DNA of 63,222 bases, counting the filler, from Octopus bimaculoides (Eukaryota): assembly GCF_001194135.2 (NCBI RefSeq). It is 3 parts of 3 records of this genome, joined end to end, with 100 filler letters (N's around TTAATTAATTAA, not from the genome) between each part and the next. Parts side by side here need not be neighbours in the genome. Positions count along the whole stretch, not along the records: positions 1 to 30,750 come from NC_069007.1; 2 more parts are not named here. One strand, given 5' to 3'. Positions 1 through 14,282 of the stretch are shown here, in pieces; positions within the stretch are counted from its first letter, which is position 1; each line of letters begins with the position of its first letter. The translations under genes and the position numbers were made by a program. A model generated the notes under the pieces. That model saw only the letters and a program-made list of their open reading frames with translations, did no database searches and was not told where the DNA came from.

Positions 1-1651
1 ATATATATATAGCGAGATCGTGCCAGTGCCGCTGGACTGCCTCCTGTGCAGGTGATACGTAAAATACACCATTTTGAGCATGGCCGTTGCCAGTACCGCC
101 TGACTGGCCTTCGTGCCAGTGGCACGTAAAAGCACCCACTACATTCTCGGAGTGGTTGGCGTTAGGAAGGGCATCCAGCTGTTGCAACTCTGCCAAATCA
201 GATCGGAGCCTGGTGTAGCCATCCGGTTCACCAGTCCTCAGTCAAATCGTCCAACCCATGCTTGCATGGAAAGCGGACGTTAAACGATGATGATGATGTA
301 TGTATATCTATCTATCCATACATATATGTATGTATGTGTGTGTGTGTGTATATATACATAAACCATCAACTTCATCATCATCATCATCATGGATTAAACG
401 GTTTGACTGGAGCTGATGAGCCAGAGAGCTACACTGGATTCCAGTTTGATTTGGCATGGTTTCTATGGTTTGATACCCTTCCAAACACCAATCATTCCAG
501 GAGTATAATGGATGCTTTTACATGCCACCAGTACAGATGCCATTTACCTGGCACTGGGAACCACAATGACTATGATGGCACTGTCAATAACCAGAACTAC
601 GATCCACAGGTTCCACTTACCTGATGTATGAAATGTTGGCTTGTCGTTAGTTATGAACACCTGCTCTTGATAACATCCAACAAGGTAGAAATACATCTGG
701 CGTTCTCATCAGCTTAGGTTGGTAACCGTCTGGCTCCAATGTATATATTGTGTTTTTAAACATAGCATGTNNNNNNNNNNNNNNNNNNNNNNNNNNNNNN
801 NNNNNNNNNNNNNNNNNNNNNNNNNNNNNNNNNNNNNNNNNNNNNNNNNNNNNNNNNNNNNNNNNNNNNNTATATATATATATATATATATATATTTGTA
901 TATGCATATATGTACATGTACATACAAACATATCTATGCACATTAATGCATACACAAACACACACACATATATATACACACACACATATGTATATGTATG
1001 CATGTGCATGAGTGTGTACATATATATGTATGTATATACATACATATATATATGCATACACTCACATATACAACAAATATGATGATAATCATCATCATCA
1101 TCATTTATGGACATTAAACTGATGAGGACCAGAATGACGATAATGTTGATGACGACAACAATGATATGTATAAATATATATACATATAAATATATGTACA
1201 TGTCTGTATGTGTGTATGTGTATGTATGCATATTACATGTGTGTTGCATCTCCCAATTGCAATAGATTTACACAAACAAATTGTAACTATTTATTATTGA
1301 TCTCTAGCCATTATTTGCAAACTGAAGAACAAAGATTTTTTTTTGATCTTCTTCGTAAATATTTTTGCTGAATTCTTTCAAGCAGCATAAAATTTTTTTT
1401 TTAGGAATTCCATTTTCTGTTTCACGTTTCCAATGTGGCTATTTATTTGTTCTTTAAAGAAAATGGAGAAATCAAAATCCATGCCATTGAATTTAAAGAA
1501 CTTGAACAATTGAGTTAGTTATTCATTTAGACCACTGTTTGAAAGCTTATAGTTTTCTGGTTAAGGTGTTTGGTTAATGATACTAACATCTTAGACTCAA
1601 TTCCTGGGTCGGGCTGAGAGTTATGTGTTTTGATGTCAGTATTCTCTTGTA

Positions 1652-2150
1652 TTCTACACATAAGCAATATGGAGCTATGGCAAACGACGAATCAAGTTCC
1701 GATTAGAGAGCAAATATTTAAGAAAAAGTGGAAGTGGATTGGTAGCACAATTAGAAAGGACACACCAAATGTAGCGAAATGTACTTTACAGTGGAATCCG
1801 GATGGATATAGAAAGAGGGGTAGGCCTAAGAACTCGTGGTGTAGATCAACACAAAAGGAACTAGAGAAAGGGGGACATTCATGGCAGAGTATAAGTACAG
1901 AAGCGAGAAATTATGCGACATGGAATTCAANNNNNNNNNNAATTAGAAAGGACACACCAAATGTAGCGAAATGTACTTTACAGTGGAATCCGGATGGATA
2001 TAGAAAGAGGGGTAGGCCTAAGAACTCGTGGTGTAGATCAACACAAAAGGAACTAGAGAAAGGGGGACATTCATGGCAGAGTATAAGTACAGAAGCGAGA
2101 AATTATGCGACATGGAATTCAATTATATGTGGCCTATACTCCGCGTTGGA
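1652..2150 (+). mobile_element. RTE-clade LINE 3' fragment (contains an assembly duplication)
   Basis: IREQIFKKKWKWIGSTIRK...LQWNPDGYRKRGRPKNSW is typical of the RTE ORF C-terminus. Confidence 0.75.
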
Positions 2151-2389
2151 GGGTTAAAGGTAAGAAGAAGAAAGATTCTCTTGTAGTCCAAGAAAAACGG
2201 TTCTGCAATTTCTTGCTGAACAACTGGCATGAATGGTTGCTTTATAGGGATCAAATGTATGTACTTGGTTTTATTTGTAGTTGTGGTGGCCAGCACCTGG
2301 AGAGGGTTGAGCTGACTCTGAGCAGCCAGTTTCAGTCTACTGCTCATGATTGCTGAGCACATTTGACAGTTGGCTCTGATGTTCCAGCA

Positions 2390-2725
2390 AGCAAAATAAT
2401 GCTTCTCCCTGCAACCCAAAGATTGTGTAGAGTGTGGTCATCTCAAGAAGACGATCAGGTTCCAGCTGCAAGAGATCTCCTTGATTGAGTCAAGAAATGA
2501 GAAAACATTTTGAAAAACAGTTGTAACAGCATGGATCTATGGCTATGATCTCACAACGAAGGCTGGAATGGAATCTCAGTAGAAACAAAGAAGTTTTCAA
2601 GATGTCAAGGAATTCCAAGAGAATGTGATGAGGCAGCTGCTCAGAATAACAAAAAAAGAGTTGCAGGAATCCTTCCATCAATGAAAACAACACTAGATAA
2701 AGGGTATTGTTTTAGGAAGGGACCA
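2390..2725 (+). mobile_element. Degenerate, internally deleted Tc1/mariner transposase remnant
   Basis: Broken translations resemble the mariner W(I)YGYDxxTK motif and the C-terminal RFQDVKEFQENV...ESFHQ segment. Confidence 0.4.
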
Positions 2726-3657
2726 AATGCTGACTTGATATGTGTTAAAGTTTTCATCTTATAGTACCAGTTCAGCTATTTTTTGATCAGACCTCGTATG
2801 TTAAATGTGTATGTGTGTATGTATGTGTGTGTGTACATATATATAGATATGTGTGTGTGTGTGTGTATTTATGTATGTGTGTGTGCGTGTGCATCCTTTA
2901 TCTTTTGTTTCAATCATTTGATCCATCTTTAAGGGTTTTAGTTGAACAAATCAACCCCTGGACTTAATTTTTTAGATCCTGGTACTAACTCTATTGGTCT
3001 CTTTTGCTGAACCACTAAGTTGTCAGGATCTAAACTCACCAACACCAGTTGCTGAGAAGTGGGTGTGGGGAGCACAAACACAGACACAACGAGACACACA
3101 CACACACAATGGGCTTCTTTCAGTTTTTGTCTACCAAATTTACTCACAAGGTTTTGGTCTGTTAAAGGCTGTCAAAAAAGACATTTGCTTATGTTGTTAT
3201 GCANNNNNNNNNNNNNNNNNNNNNNNNNNNNNNNNNNNNNNNNNNNNNNNNNNNNNNNNNNNNNNNNNNNNNNNNNNNNNNNNNNNNNNNNNNNNNNNNN
3301 NNNNNNNNNNNNNNNNNNNNNNNNNNNNNNNNNNNNNNNNNNNNNNNNNNNNNNNNNNNNNNNNNNNNNNNNNNNNNNNNNNNNNNNNNNNNNNNNNNNN
3401 NNNNNNNNNNNNNNNNNNNNNNNNNNNNNNNNNNNNNNNNNNNNNNNNNNNNNNNNNNNNNNNNNNNNNNNNNNNNNNNNNNNNNNNNNNNNNNNNNNNN
3501 NNNNNNNNNNNNNNNNNNNNNNNNNNNNNNNNNNNNNNNNNNNNNNNNNNNNNNNNNNNNNNNNNNNNNNNNNNNNNNNNNNNNNNNNNNNNNNNNNNNN
3601 NNNNNNNNNNNNNNNNNNNNNNNNNNNNNNNNNNNNNNNNNNNNNNNNNNNNNNNNN

Positions 3658-3700
<43 letters not shown>

Positions 3701-3981
3701 CATATACATTATATATACGTGTGTGTGTGTTGTAAGTAGTTCTAAATTCTGATAAGTGATTTTTATTTGATTTTAAAGTTCCATTCCAGACGCAAATTGA
3801 AATAGTTTTTACTTACAATTCTGCAGTAATTACTTATGTGCGTGTCAGCATAAAAGTGAATTTATTTCATTGTTTAAACTTTGCAATATTATTTTTGTTT
3901 TAATTTAACAATTTAACAATCATGAAAACAATATAAGAATCAGATTTATCAAATAGTGAAAGCACGAACCCATCCCTATAA

Positions 3982-4016
<35 letters not shown>

Positions 4017-4559
4017 TATGCATGTGTATGTGTGTGTGGGGGGGGGGATAATAATAATAATAATAACTGTCCTGATACAGTGCCAGGCTCTGGCTCTTGT
4101 GGTTTCTCATCTTAACTGATTTGAAGTGTTATCATGTACATTGTTTCGTCTTGGTATAAAAGATGGTCTACAGCAAATATTCTGCTCAATACCACAGATT
4201 TGCTTGTCAATTGTTTGACCAGTTGAACATGTCCCTTGGTGGCTGATGATATGTGCATTTACGATCATGCACAGAAGTAGTGCAGGCACATCACAGCTGG
4301 GTGATGAAAGGAATTATTTTGGCTTTCAGTAATTATGCTCTGAAAACATGGATGTTTTGCTCATCATCCTTACACAACCCTCATTCAAGAACCTTTTGAG
4401 TGGAATGGATTACTCGACCTGAGGATAATTCTAACTGCGCCCCACCTGCAAGGTCATGTGTAGATCAAACAGGATCATCTGCCGGAAGAGATTTGTGATT
4501 TGTCTGCCTTCCTACTTACTAAGACTTTGGTTTTTGCTAGATTGATTCGAAGGCCCTTC

Positions 4560-5610
4560 GATTCTAGACCTTGCTTCCACACCTGAAACTTCTCTTCTAG
4601 TTCTGATAATGACTCAGCTATTAGAGCAAAGCCATTAGCATAGAGGAGCTCCCAGGAGCATCCTGTCTTGAATTCCTCTGTTATTACCTGGAGGGATAAA
4701 CAAGAGGGGGCTGAGGACCGATTCTTGGTGAACCCTTACTTCTACCTGGAATCCTTCACTATATTCGTTGCCAACCCTCATCTAACTGACAGCATGTCTG
4801 TACAAGGCTTGTGCAGCTCTCACCAACCACTCATCTATCTCTAGCTCCTGTATTGATCACCAGACAAGGATTTTCAGAACCCTGTCAAAGGCTTTCTTCA
4901 TATCAACAAAAAGCAAAGTACAGAGATTTATCTTTGGCTAGGTATTTCTCCTGCAACTGTCTCACCATAAATATACCATCAGTGGTGCTTCTGGCACAAA
5001 CCCAAACTGCATCTCATCTAAACTAACTTTCTCCCTAATCAGTTGGGCTATGAGCCTCTCCGTGACTTTTGTCACCTGATCCAACAATTTGATAACCCTG
5101 TAATTATTCCTATCTAAGGCATCACCTTTACCTTTGTAGCAGTTGACTATGGTGCTGCTACACCAGTCATTGGGCATGACTCCTTTGTGTGTGTCCCAGT
5201 TAACTATACGGGTGACTAGACTATAGCCTATACTGCCAGATATTTTAAACATCTCAGCAGTGATTCCCGATGGGCTGCATGCTTTCCCTGACTTCATTCC
5301 TTTAATTGCTTTATCTACCAAGGTACAGTCAATTCAAATAGCCAGTCCCTCTGTTGGTTCGACATTTGGAAGACTCTCTTTCTACCATTTATTCTCTTCA
5401 TTTAGCAGCCTTTCATAATGGTGCCTCCAAGTCTCTCTCTTTGCAGCATCATTAAATGCAAGTGAGCCATCATCCATGCAGACACATTTCTTTCCTATGA
5501 CATCGTGACTTTCTCTCACACACTGTCTTGCAATTCGAAACACATCAAGTCTCTGGCCCTCAAGATGCAGAATATTGGCAAATTTCTTCTTATCTGCTTC
5601 CACTCTGGCT
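4560..5610 (-). mobile_element. RTE-clade LINE reverse-transcriptase fragment (pseudogenised)
   Basis: KAIKGMKSGKA..PSGITAEMFK, YKGKGDALDRNNYRVIKLLDQ and DEMQFGFVP motifs, with frameshifts. Confidence 0.85.
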
Positions 5611-5724
5611 AAATAAACCTATCTCCTAGCTTCCCTTCTGGCAATCTGATACAATTCCTTGCTACCACCACACTTCCAGTCTTTCCATGCCAGTTTATTT
5701 TCCCTAAATATATGTATGTATATA

Positions 5725-5814
<90 letters not shown>

Positions 5815-6270
5815 NNNNNNNNNNNNNNNNNNNNNNNNNNNNNNNNNNNNNNNNNNNNNNNNNNNNNNNNNNNNNNNNNNNNNNNNNNNNNNNNNNNNNN
5901 NNNNNNNNNNNNNNNNNNNNNNNNNNNNNNNNNNNNNNNNNNNNNNNNNNNNNNNNNNNNNNNNNNNNNNNNNNNNNNNNNNNNNNNNNNNNNNNNNNNN
6001 NNNNNNNNNNNNNNNNNNNNNNNNNNNNNNNNNNNNNNNNNNNNNNNNNNNNNNNNNNNNNNNNNNNNNNNNNNNNNNNNNNNNNNNNNNNNNNNNNNNN
6101 NNNNNNNNNNNNNNNNNNNNNNNNNNNNNNNNNNNNNNNNNNNNNNNNNNNNNNNNNNNNNNNNNNNNNNNNNNNNNNNNNNNNNNNNNNNNNNNNNNNN
6201 NNNNNNNNNNNNNNNNNNNNNNNNNNNNNNNNNNNNNNNNNNNNNNNNNNNNNNNNNNNNNNNNNNNNNN

Positions 6271-6310
<40 letters not shown>

Positions 6311-6920
6311 TAATCTGTCTCTCCTTATATTTATACACACACGCGCACACACATATATACATGCATCTGTCTACAAATATGTAAATGTGTGTTAGATAGT
6401 CTGGTCAGTTACCTATACATAATGTAGACAGCTCTGTTAGCAATATACCATATTCGAGATATTCCATATTCACTTCATTTCATTGGCTGTGAACGGAATC
6501 TACTGACCCGACACAAAAACCTACTGATGCACGCACTTAACATTATCAGTGCACATCTGCATGTCACAGATAGCATTTATATCAATCAAAATTCAACAAT
6601 TACTGAATCGACAGAGCTACGATTGTAAATTTTACTCTCAGGAAGATTTAAATAACTTATTGTCTCACAGAAGTAACTCAAAATAATATGTGCCTGGCAA
6701 ACATTCTCATTGCCGTACAAGCTTATAGAAGTTCATAGAAATCGCATTAGCTGCGTAGCTATGAGAATAGGATGGGTGCTGCTGAATTTCATAACGTTTG
6801 GCTGAGTGGTTAAGAAGCTTGGTTTCCAACCATTTGGATGTCTAGTTCAATTCCACTGCATGGTACCATCTTCGGTCTACAGAGTAAGACAAGTGTTTTC
6901 TATGTACTACAACAAACATG

Positions 6921-7282
6921 TGGAGGCGCAATGGCCCAGTGGTTAGGGCAACGGACTCGCGGTCATAGGATCGCGGTTTCGATTCCCAGACCGGGCGTTG
7001 TGAGTGTTTATTGAGCGAAAATACCTAAAGTTCCACGAGGCTCTGGCAGGGGATGGTGGCGAACCCTGCTGTACTCTTCCACCACAACTTTCTCTCACTC
7101 TTACTTCCTGTTTCTGTTGTGCCTGTAATTCAAAGGGTCAGCCTTGTCACACTGTGTCACGCTGAATATCCCCGAGAACTACGTTAAGGGTACACGTGTC
7201 TGTGGAGTGCTCAGCCACTTGCAGGCTATTCCGTTGATTGGATCAACTGGAACCCTTGTCGTCGTAACCGACGGAGTGCCAA
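6921..7282 (+). mobile_element. tRNA-derived SINE, family A (other copies: 13071-13454 -, 15959-16037 + head only, 30374-30740 -, 31388-31769 -, 44880-45123 -, about 62826-63000)
   Basis: Pol III A-box (tggcccagtggttag) and B-box (ggtttcgattcc) head; multiple near-identical copies in the window. Confidence 0.85.
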
Positions 7283-7954
7283 CCACAACAAACATGCATC
7301 ACATATACATCCTCATCATCATCATCATTATACTTATCCTCTTCTTCCTCCTCCTCCTCCTCATGATCACCATTATCATATTCATCATCATCATCATCAG
7401 GTTCATCATTGTCACCATCATCATCACTATCATCATGATCCTCATCATCACCCTTATTGTCATCATCATCATCAGTAACAGCAGCATCACCAGCCAGCAT
7501 CCTCCTCATCATTTTCAACATCATGATCATCACCATCATCATCTTCAACATCATTACCATCATTATGATCATAGTCATCATCATCATCTTCATAGATGTC
7601 ATTGTCATCACCTTTACATTTTAGCGTTCACATTTCCTATGCTTACATGGGTCAGATGGAATTTGCTGATGAAGATCCTCTACAGCTGGATGCCCTTCCT
7701 GTCACCAACACTCACCTGTTTCCAAGCAAGGTAAGATTTCTCCCATGGCTACACTTGTTTATTATAAAAAATCAGAAGTTGAATACACTGCTTGTACAAC
7801 AGTGATGCTTGTTTACAACTAATGTGTGATATCAAGACCAAGTAGTACAAACACACACACAAACACAAACAGAAAACACACACACACACAGAGACACTCA
7901 CACATGTAATCACTTGCTTACATACATATATATATAATCTATTCAAAGCTGAGG

Positions 7955-8029
<75 letters not shown>

Positions 8030-8031
<2 letters not shown>

Positions 8032-8175
8032 GCAGCAATATCAAAGCAAGGTTAACTGGCAAGATAGCTTTTGTGTGTGGCAGATGCACAGGGGCAATAA
8101 ACACCGAAGATGTACAGAAAGCAGATTCCATCACATGCCAAGGTGAAAAACTAGAAGTAGTTGATAGCTTCCGTG
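8030..8175 (+). mobile_element. Short RTE LINE fragment (related piece at about 15760-15955)
   Basis: FVCGRCTG..EKLEVVDSFR segment; similar sequence (gaagtagttgatagcttcc) recurs near 15797. Confidence 0.55.
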
Positions 8176-8220
8176 ATAGTGGTGGTGATTGTGATGATAG
8201 TAGTGCTGGTGGTAGCAGCT

Positions 8221-8251
<31 letters not shown>

Positions 8252-9439
8252 TAGTAGTTTTAGTAGTAGTCATAGTAGTCTTCTTTCACAAGGGGTATGA
8301 TTTGCTTGGCATCTTGTTGCTATTTCCAGCTGATCAAACAAGCACATAGCACCCTCCTCATCACCTCAGCAGCAGCAGCAGTAGCAGCAGTGGCAGTAGC
8401 AGCGGCAATAGCAGCAGCAGTGACACACTGTGTATTGAAAATCCCAGAAGTCAACAATGGGGTCGGCATTGTATTTCCTTTAAATCATTATAATGAAAAG
8501 ATTATGGATAAAAGTTTCGCTATTTTGACATATTCCTCTGAACAGGAAGAATATTGAGTCACCAAGTGAGATGAAATATTTGGTAATGGTAACATTGGTG
8601 GCATTGGCGGTGGGTGAGGCTGTGGCGGCAGTGGGTTTGGCAGTGGTGATGGTGTTGGTGGGGGTGGTGGTGGTGCCATCATCTATCTAGCAAACAGACA
8701 TAGGTCTTTAATCAATCGAAGCTATTTCAATTAGCGCGTTTGATCCTCGGCATTAGTAGTAAGTTATATCCTAAGTAGTAGCTAATTAAATTTAAAATAT
8801 CGTTAAGACTCCTATAATGATTCCGAGAATCTTTGAATGAATGTCTTTATTCCTCAATAGCTCAGTTTCAAAGCATCTATTTAATATCTTGTGTGAGTAA
8901 CCAGATCGATTCAAAAAGGGGTAGAAGAAGTAGAGCAGAGGTTTGATGGCTGATGGGAGTTTTAACTCTTCCATCTTCAATTAGAACTAGTTTTAATAAC
9001 AGAAATTAATTATATCTCGTACATTTAAATGTCAGTTAAGCTGATATCAGGATCCTTTTATGGAACATGTAATGTCTTCAGTATAGAACATCAGTGACTA
9101 ATGTGTATTACTTCATAACATGGTCTTTATACAATAAGCTAGAAATATGAGGACAGAACAAGGCCGAAACATCTCCAGGGTTGTCTCCCATACTTGCTGT
9201 ACAATGAAAATAGTACAAATGATTGGTTTAATAATATTGTTACTTCTGTTTTCATTGCATTATATTTATGTTTTAAGTATAACCATTTATCTTCTATTTT
9301 TTTGCTTGTTGTACCAACCACTCAAGGAGTGTAATGGGTGCTTTTACATTCTACTCACATCGGAGCCATTTACATGACTCCAGCAATGACCACAAATACT
9401 TCTACTACTATTACTACTAATAATAATAATAAACAATCA

Positions 9440-10285
9440 GGGAAATATTGAGGTGAATTTCAAATACAGAAAATCCTAGAATTAAATGTACTGGAAACAA
9501 GCACAGGAAAAGCTAAATGCATGAAAACTCTTGCTAGAAATGCTGCCCTAGATATTGTCACTGATAAAAGGCCAGAAAAACTTCTCAATCTCAAATCCCC
9601 AAAGAGAGCTTCCCATGCTGATGTTGACAAAGCCCTTACCTTAGTGTCTTCTGGTTTAAAATCAGAGACAGAAGGGTTTATCATAGCAGCCCAGGATCAA
9701 TGCCTACCTACAAGAAGCTACCAGGCTAACATCTGAAAGAACGGCAGTAGCCCAACATGTCTATGTAAACAACAGGCAGAAATCACCGATCATATTGTCT
9801 CCATGCACAGCTTTCTTGAACCACAGAATATCTCAACAGGCATGAATATATTCACTGGGTAATTTGCAAGGATCTGGACCTACTCCATGATAAAAACTGG
9901 TGGGAACACAAACCATCTCCAATGCTTGAAAATGATCATACCTCACTCTCTGGAACTTCACCGTTCAAACAGTCAGAAAGATAGATGCAAATAGGCCAGA
10001 CATTATATTGAAGGATTTCAGACAAAAATCATGCCTCCTCCTTGATATGATTGTCCTGATTGACATAAATGTGTGTCGAGACCTACCGAAACCAGAACAA
10101 ATAAAAAGATCTTGAAATAGAAATTGGCATAATGTGGAACCTCAAGACTACAACAATACCTGTTGTCATAGGCACTCTAGGAATGATAGCAAAAGGGGCT
10201 GATTGTTCCCTATCTCAGATACCAGGAAATTCCAAAATGCAAGAGATTAAAAAAATAGTGCTCTTGACAAATGCTCATCTCTGAT
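9440..10285 (+). mobile_element. RLE-type (R4/NeSL-like) non-LTR retrotransposon 3' fragment
   Basis: LKSETEGFIIAAQDQCLPTR, a degenerate zinc knuckle, NRPDII..D (PD-(D/E)xK nuclease) and IPVVIGTLG; broken by stops and frameshifts. Confidence 0.8.
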
Positions 10286-10599
10286 GAAAAATATTGTGAA
10301 TGTGATTCAAAAAACATTTTAATCTGTAAACATTATCAAAAGTACTTTTAAATTTACATAACAGCAAACACCTTTTACTGTCACCTTAACATCGGACTAT
10401 CATCCTATCAAATTATTTTTAAAACAAACTTCTAATTTTCTTATGTTTTGACAGACATTCTCTAGAACAATACTCTATGCAAAACCAAAATTATGACACC
10501 CTTATCATAATACAGACTTGAACTTCTAACTTGTTGTCTCTTGAGGTCTCTGAATCAGACTTGGAGTCAACTTGTATTAATACAAAGCAAAAGCCAAAC

Positions 10600-10630
<31 letters not shown>

Positions 10631-10779
10631 TTTCTTTTATTTACCACAAGGGCCCAAGACATTGAGGAAAATATTGAAGGACGAGTTACAGCAGCAAAAA
10701 ACAAAAAAAAATGTACAAAACAAAAACAGCTGCCGAAAACCATTAATAGGAAAACGATCCAAGATTTCTATACGGGGCT

Positions 10780-11310
10780 AGTTGAGGGCATGAGTGATGA
10801 TGGCCTCGGATTGACTCTTGGCATAGGCAGGAACAGTCTGAGTGGTCGCTTCCAGAGGACTTTTAGGTCAAAGATCACAGACAATTTCCAAAAGTTTTTG
10901 GCTTGCAGTGCTACAGAGGGGTGTTACCTGCTTGAGACAAGCTCTTCAGGCATGGAGGTATCAACAGCCGAACCTGTCTGAGATGCTTGTAAGGGAATGA
11001 AACTAACCTGCATGCAATAATTGAGTGCCCATGCATTAAAATGTTGTGGGATTGCATGGAGCAGCTGTTATCACGTGTAAGACAAATTCAGATGTCTACC
11101 AAGTATATAAGGAAGATTGATGCACCACCTTCCATTAGCAGAGAAGGAAAGCAGATCTTTCTCTGCTTAGGGACTGTGGTAAAAGGGGCTGTGTGGTGAA
11201 CCTGTCTGAAAGGTCTGGAGACAGGCACTTTCCTATCTGGCCAAGCCTTCACCAATTTCTTCAACTATCATTTAAAGTGGAAGGTGAGGGTAGGGAGGGA
11301 GGTACTACCT
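10780..11310 (+). mobile_element. L1/Tx1-clade LINE 3' fragment (zf-RVT region)
   Basis: QCYRGVLP..DKLFRHG...CLRC...NETNLHAIIECP....LW, with internal stops. Confidence 0.65.
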
Positions 11311-11770
11311 TTTAATGTGATAATCAAAAGATGGTCGACAGAGGCAAGATTGGGGAGACTGAATGGATTTACTCTGAATATGCTTTGCTAAGCAGGCAGA
11401 AAGAAACCAGAAGATTACTTTGCCTTGGAGATGGCAGAGTAATCTGAGATCTTTGTGTGGAGTTTACCACAGATTACCCTAAGTGAACTGCCCCACTATT
11501 GGGGATTCTATTTATTTATTATTTATTTCTCTGTTTTCTATTACATATAACAACAAAAATGGTTTCAAATTTTGGCACATGTTCAGCAAGTTCAGGGAAG
11601 GGGTAAGTCATTTAAATCGACCCCAGTATTCAACTGGTACTTATTTTATTAACCTTGAAAGATGAAAGACAAAGTCAACCTTGGCAGAATTTGCAGTCAG
11701 AATATAAAGACAGATGAAAAACTGCAAAGCATTTCGCCCGGGACGCCAACAATTCTGCCAGCTCACTGCC

Positions 11771-11805
<35 letters not shown>

Positions 11806-11865
11806 CATCATCATCATCATCATCATTTAACGTCCGCTTTCCATGCTAGCATGGGTTGGACGATG

Positions 11866-11903
<38 letters not shown>

Positions 11904-13070
11904 AATAATAATTCTTTCCATTATAGGCACAAGGCCTGGATTTTTTTAGTTGGGGAGACTATCGATCACATCGACCCAAATACTCAACTGGTACTTAATT
12001 TATCGACCCTGAAAGGGTGAAAGGCAAAGTCAACCTCAACTGAATTTGAACTCAGAATGTAGCAACAGGCGAAATACTGCTAAGCATTTTGTCCAGCATG
12101 CTAACGGTTCTGCCAGCTCACTGCCTTCATAATCATAATGATAATAATGATAATGATAATAATGATAATGATAATAACGATATTTCAAAAGGATTGGCAG
12201 AACTCCTCACAAAGGTAAATAGACAATATGAAGTGCTTGGATGCAATTGCAAGAGATATTTTACTGGTTTGAACGATATTGAACATGATAAAGACAGATG
12301 TGCTGTCAAAATATCAATCATACCAATAAAATATCGATGGCATTGTGCATTGTGCTCTTCATATAATAATAATAATAATAATAATAATGATGACAATAAT
12401 AATAATAATGATTTCAAATTTTTGCTACAATTTTTGCTTGGGGGAGGGGATTAAGTTAATTACATCGACCCCGAGAGGATGAAAAGCAATGTAGACTTTT
12501 GGACTCAATGTAGAAATGGGTGAAATAACGCTAAGCATATTACCTGGCATACTAACAATTCTCCCAACTCACCGCCTTAATAATAATAACAATAACAATA
12601 ATCTTCATCATCGTCGTTTAATGTCCGCTTTCCATGCTAGCATGGGTTGGACGATTTGACTGAGGACTGGTGAAACCAGATGGCTACACCAGGCTTCAAT
12701 CTGATTTGGCAAAGTTTCTACAGCTGGATGCCCTTCCTAACAACAACCACTCCGAGAGTGTAGTGGGTGCTTTTATGTGCCACCAGCACGAAAGCCAGTC
12801 AGGCGGTACTGGCAACGGCCACGCTCAAAATAATATCAATAATATTAATACCTTGATGCACTTCCAGACAGTGGCTCTCATGGGTTCTGATCTTAACTAA
12901 CTGAAAGTGTTATGTACATTGTTTTGTCTTGGTACAAATGATGGGCCACAGCAAATATTCTGCTCAATACTACAGATTTGCTTGTCAGTTGTTTGACCTT
13001 AACTAGTGGAGCATGTCCCTTGGTGGCTGGTGATATGTGCATCTCTGAATCTCTGATCATGAGCAGGAGT

Positions 13071-13454
13071 TGTTGGCACTCCGTCGCTTACGACGTCGAG
13101 GGTTCCAGTTGATCCGATCAACGGAACAGCCTGCTTGTGAAATTACCGTGCAAGTGGCTGAGCACTCCACAGACACGTGTACCCTTAACGTAGTTCTCGG
13201 GGATATTCAGCGTGACACAGAGTGTGACAAAGCTGACCCTTTGAATTACAAGTACAACAGAAACAGGAAGTAAGAGTGAGAGAAAGTTGTTGTGGAAGAG
13301 TACAGCAGGGTTCACCACCAATCCCCTGCCGAAGCCTCGTGGAGCTTTAGGTGTTTCCGCTCAATAAACACTCACAACGCCCGGTCTGGGAATCGAAACC
13401 GCGATCCTATGACTGAGAGTCTGCTGCCTAACCACTGGGCCATTGCGCCACGAC
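13071..13454 (-). mobile_element. Family A SINE inserted into another repeat with a 13-bp TSD
   Basis: catgagcaggagt at 13058-13070 and 13455-13467. Confidence 0.85.
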
Positions 13455-13909
13455 CATGAGCAGGAGTAGAGGGGGAACATCATAGCTATGTGTTTAGAGG
13501 AATGAATTATTTGGGGTTTAGATAATTCCTCTCAACACATAAATGGGTGTTTCATTCAACATCCTTAAATAATCCTCATTCAGGGACCTGAAGAAAACTA
13601 ACTGGGCCCCACCTCCAAGGTCATGCACTGTTTATCTTGATATGAAATCACCATGTCACACATATATGGTTGTGATGCATGTATCAGGTGTACCCTTATC
13701 AGACAGGTAGTCATGATAGATATACTGGGCTTTGTATATCCTATCCCAGCATCACTTTGATGCACTGCTCTCTCACTCAGTGATAATAATGGTTTCAAAT
13801 TTTGCCACAAGACCACTAACAACAATAATAATAATAATAATAATGATTTCAGTTGCATTTCTTTGAAAACATAATAATAATAATAATAATAATTATAATA
13901 ATAATAATC

Positions 13910-14282
13910 ATCATCATCGTTTAACGTCCGCTTTCCATGCTAGCATGGGTTGGACGATTTGACTGAGGACTGGTGAAACCGGATGGCAACACCAGGCTCC
14001 AATCTGATTTGGCAGAGTTTCTACAGCTGGATGCCCTTCCTAACGCCAACCACTCAGAGAGTGTAGTGGGTGCTTTTACGTGTCACCCGCACGAAAACGG
14101 CCACGCTCGAAATGGTGTCTTTTATGTGCCACCCGCACAAGCCAGTCCAGGGGCACTGGCAACGATCTCGCTCGAAAATCCTACAGGAGCCAGTCAGGCG
14201 GTACTGGCAACGGCCACGCTCAAAATGGTGCATCTCATGGGCCACCCGCACAAGAACCAGTCCAGGGGCACTGGCAACGATT
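13910..14282 (-). mobile_element. Abundant SINE-like repeat ending in aaagcggacgttaaacgatgatgat (copies near 14-295, 12609-12830, 16765-16880, 18890-19107, 44140-44390, 54100-54300, 62410-62580)
   Basis: Repeated core gatgcccttcctaacgccaaccactc and a (CAT)n tail in many copies. Confidence 0.8.

Noticed and set aside
1749-2122. Exact 182-bp direct repeat (1749-1930 and 1941-2122)
   Set aside because: The copies are separated by a 10-N gap; almost certainly unmerged overlapping contig ends.
6921-7000. tRNA-like sequences with A and B boxes (also 15959, 18450, 28150, 32150)
   Set aside because: They are SINE heads followed by repeat bodies; no complete cloverleaf was verified.
1320-9330. Possible minus-strand exons near 1380-1460, 8792-8980 and 9060-9205 with acceptor-like sites
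   Set aside because: They could not be joined into a phase-consistent open frame and show no recognisable homology.
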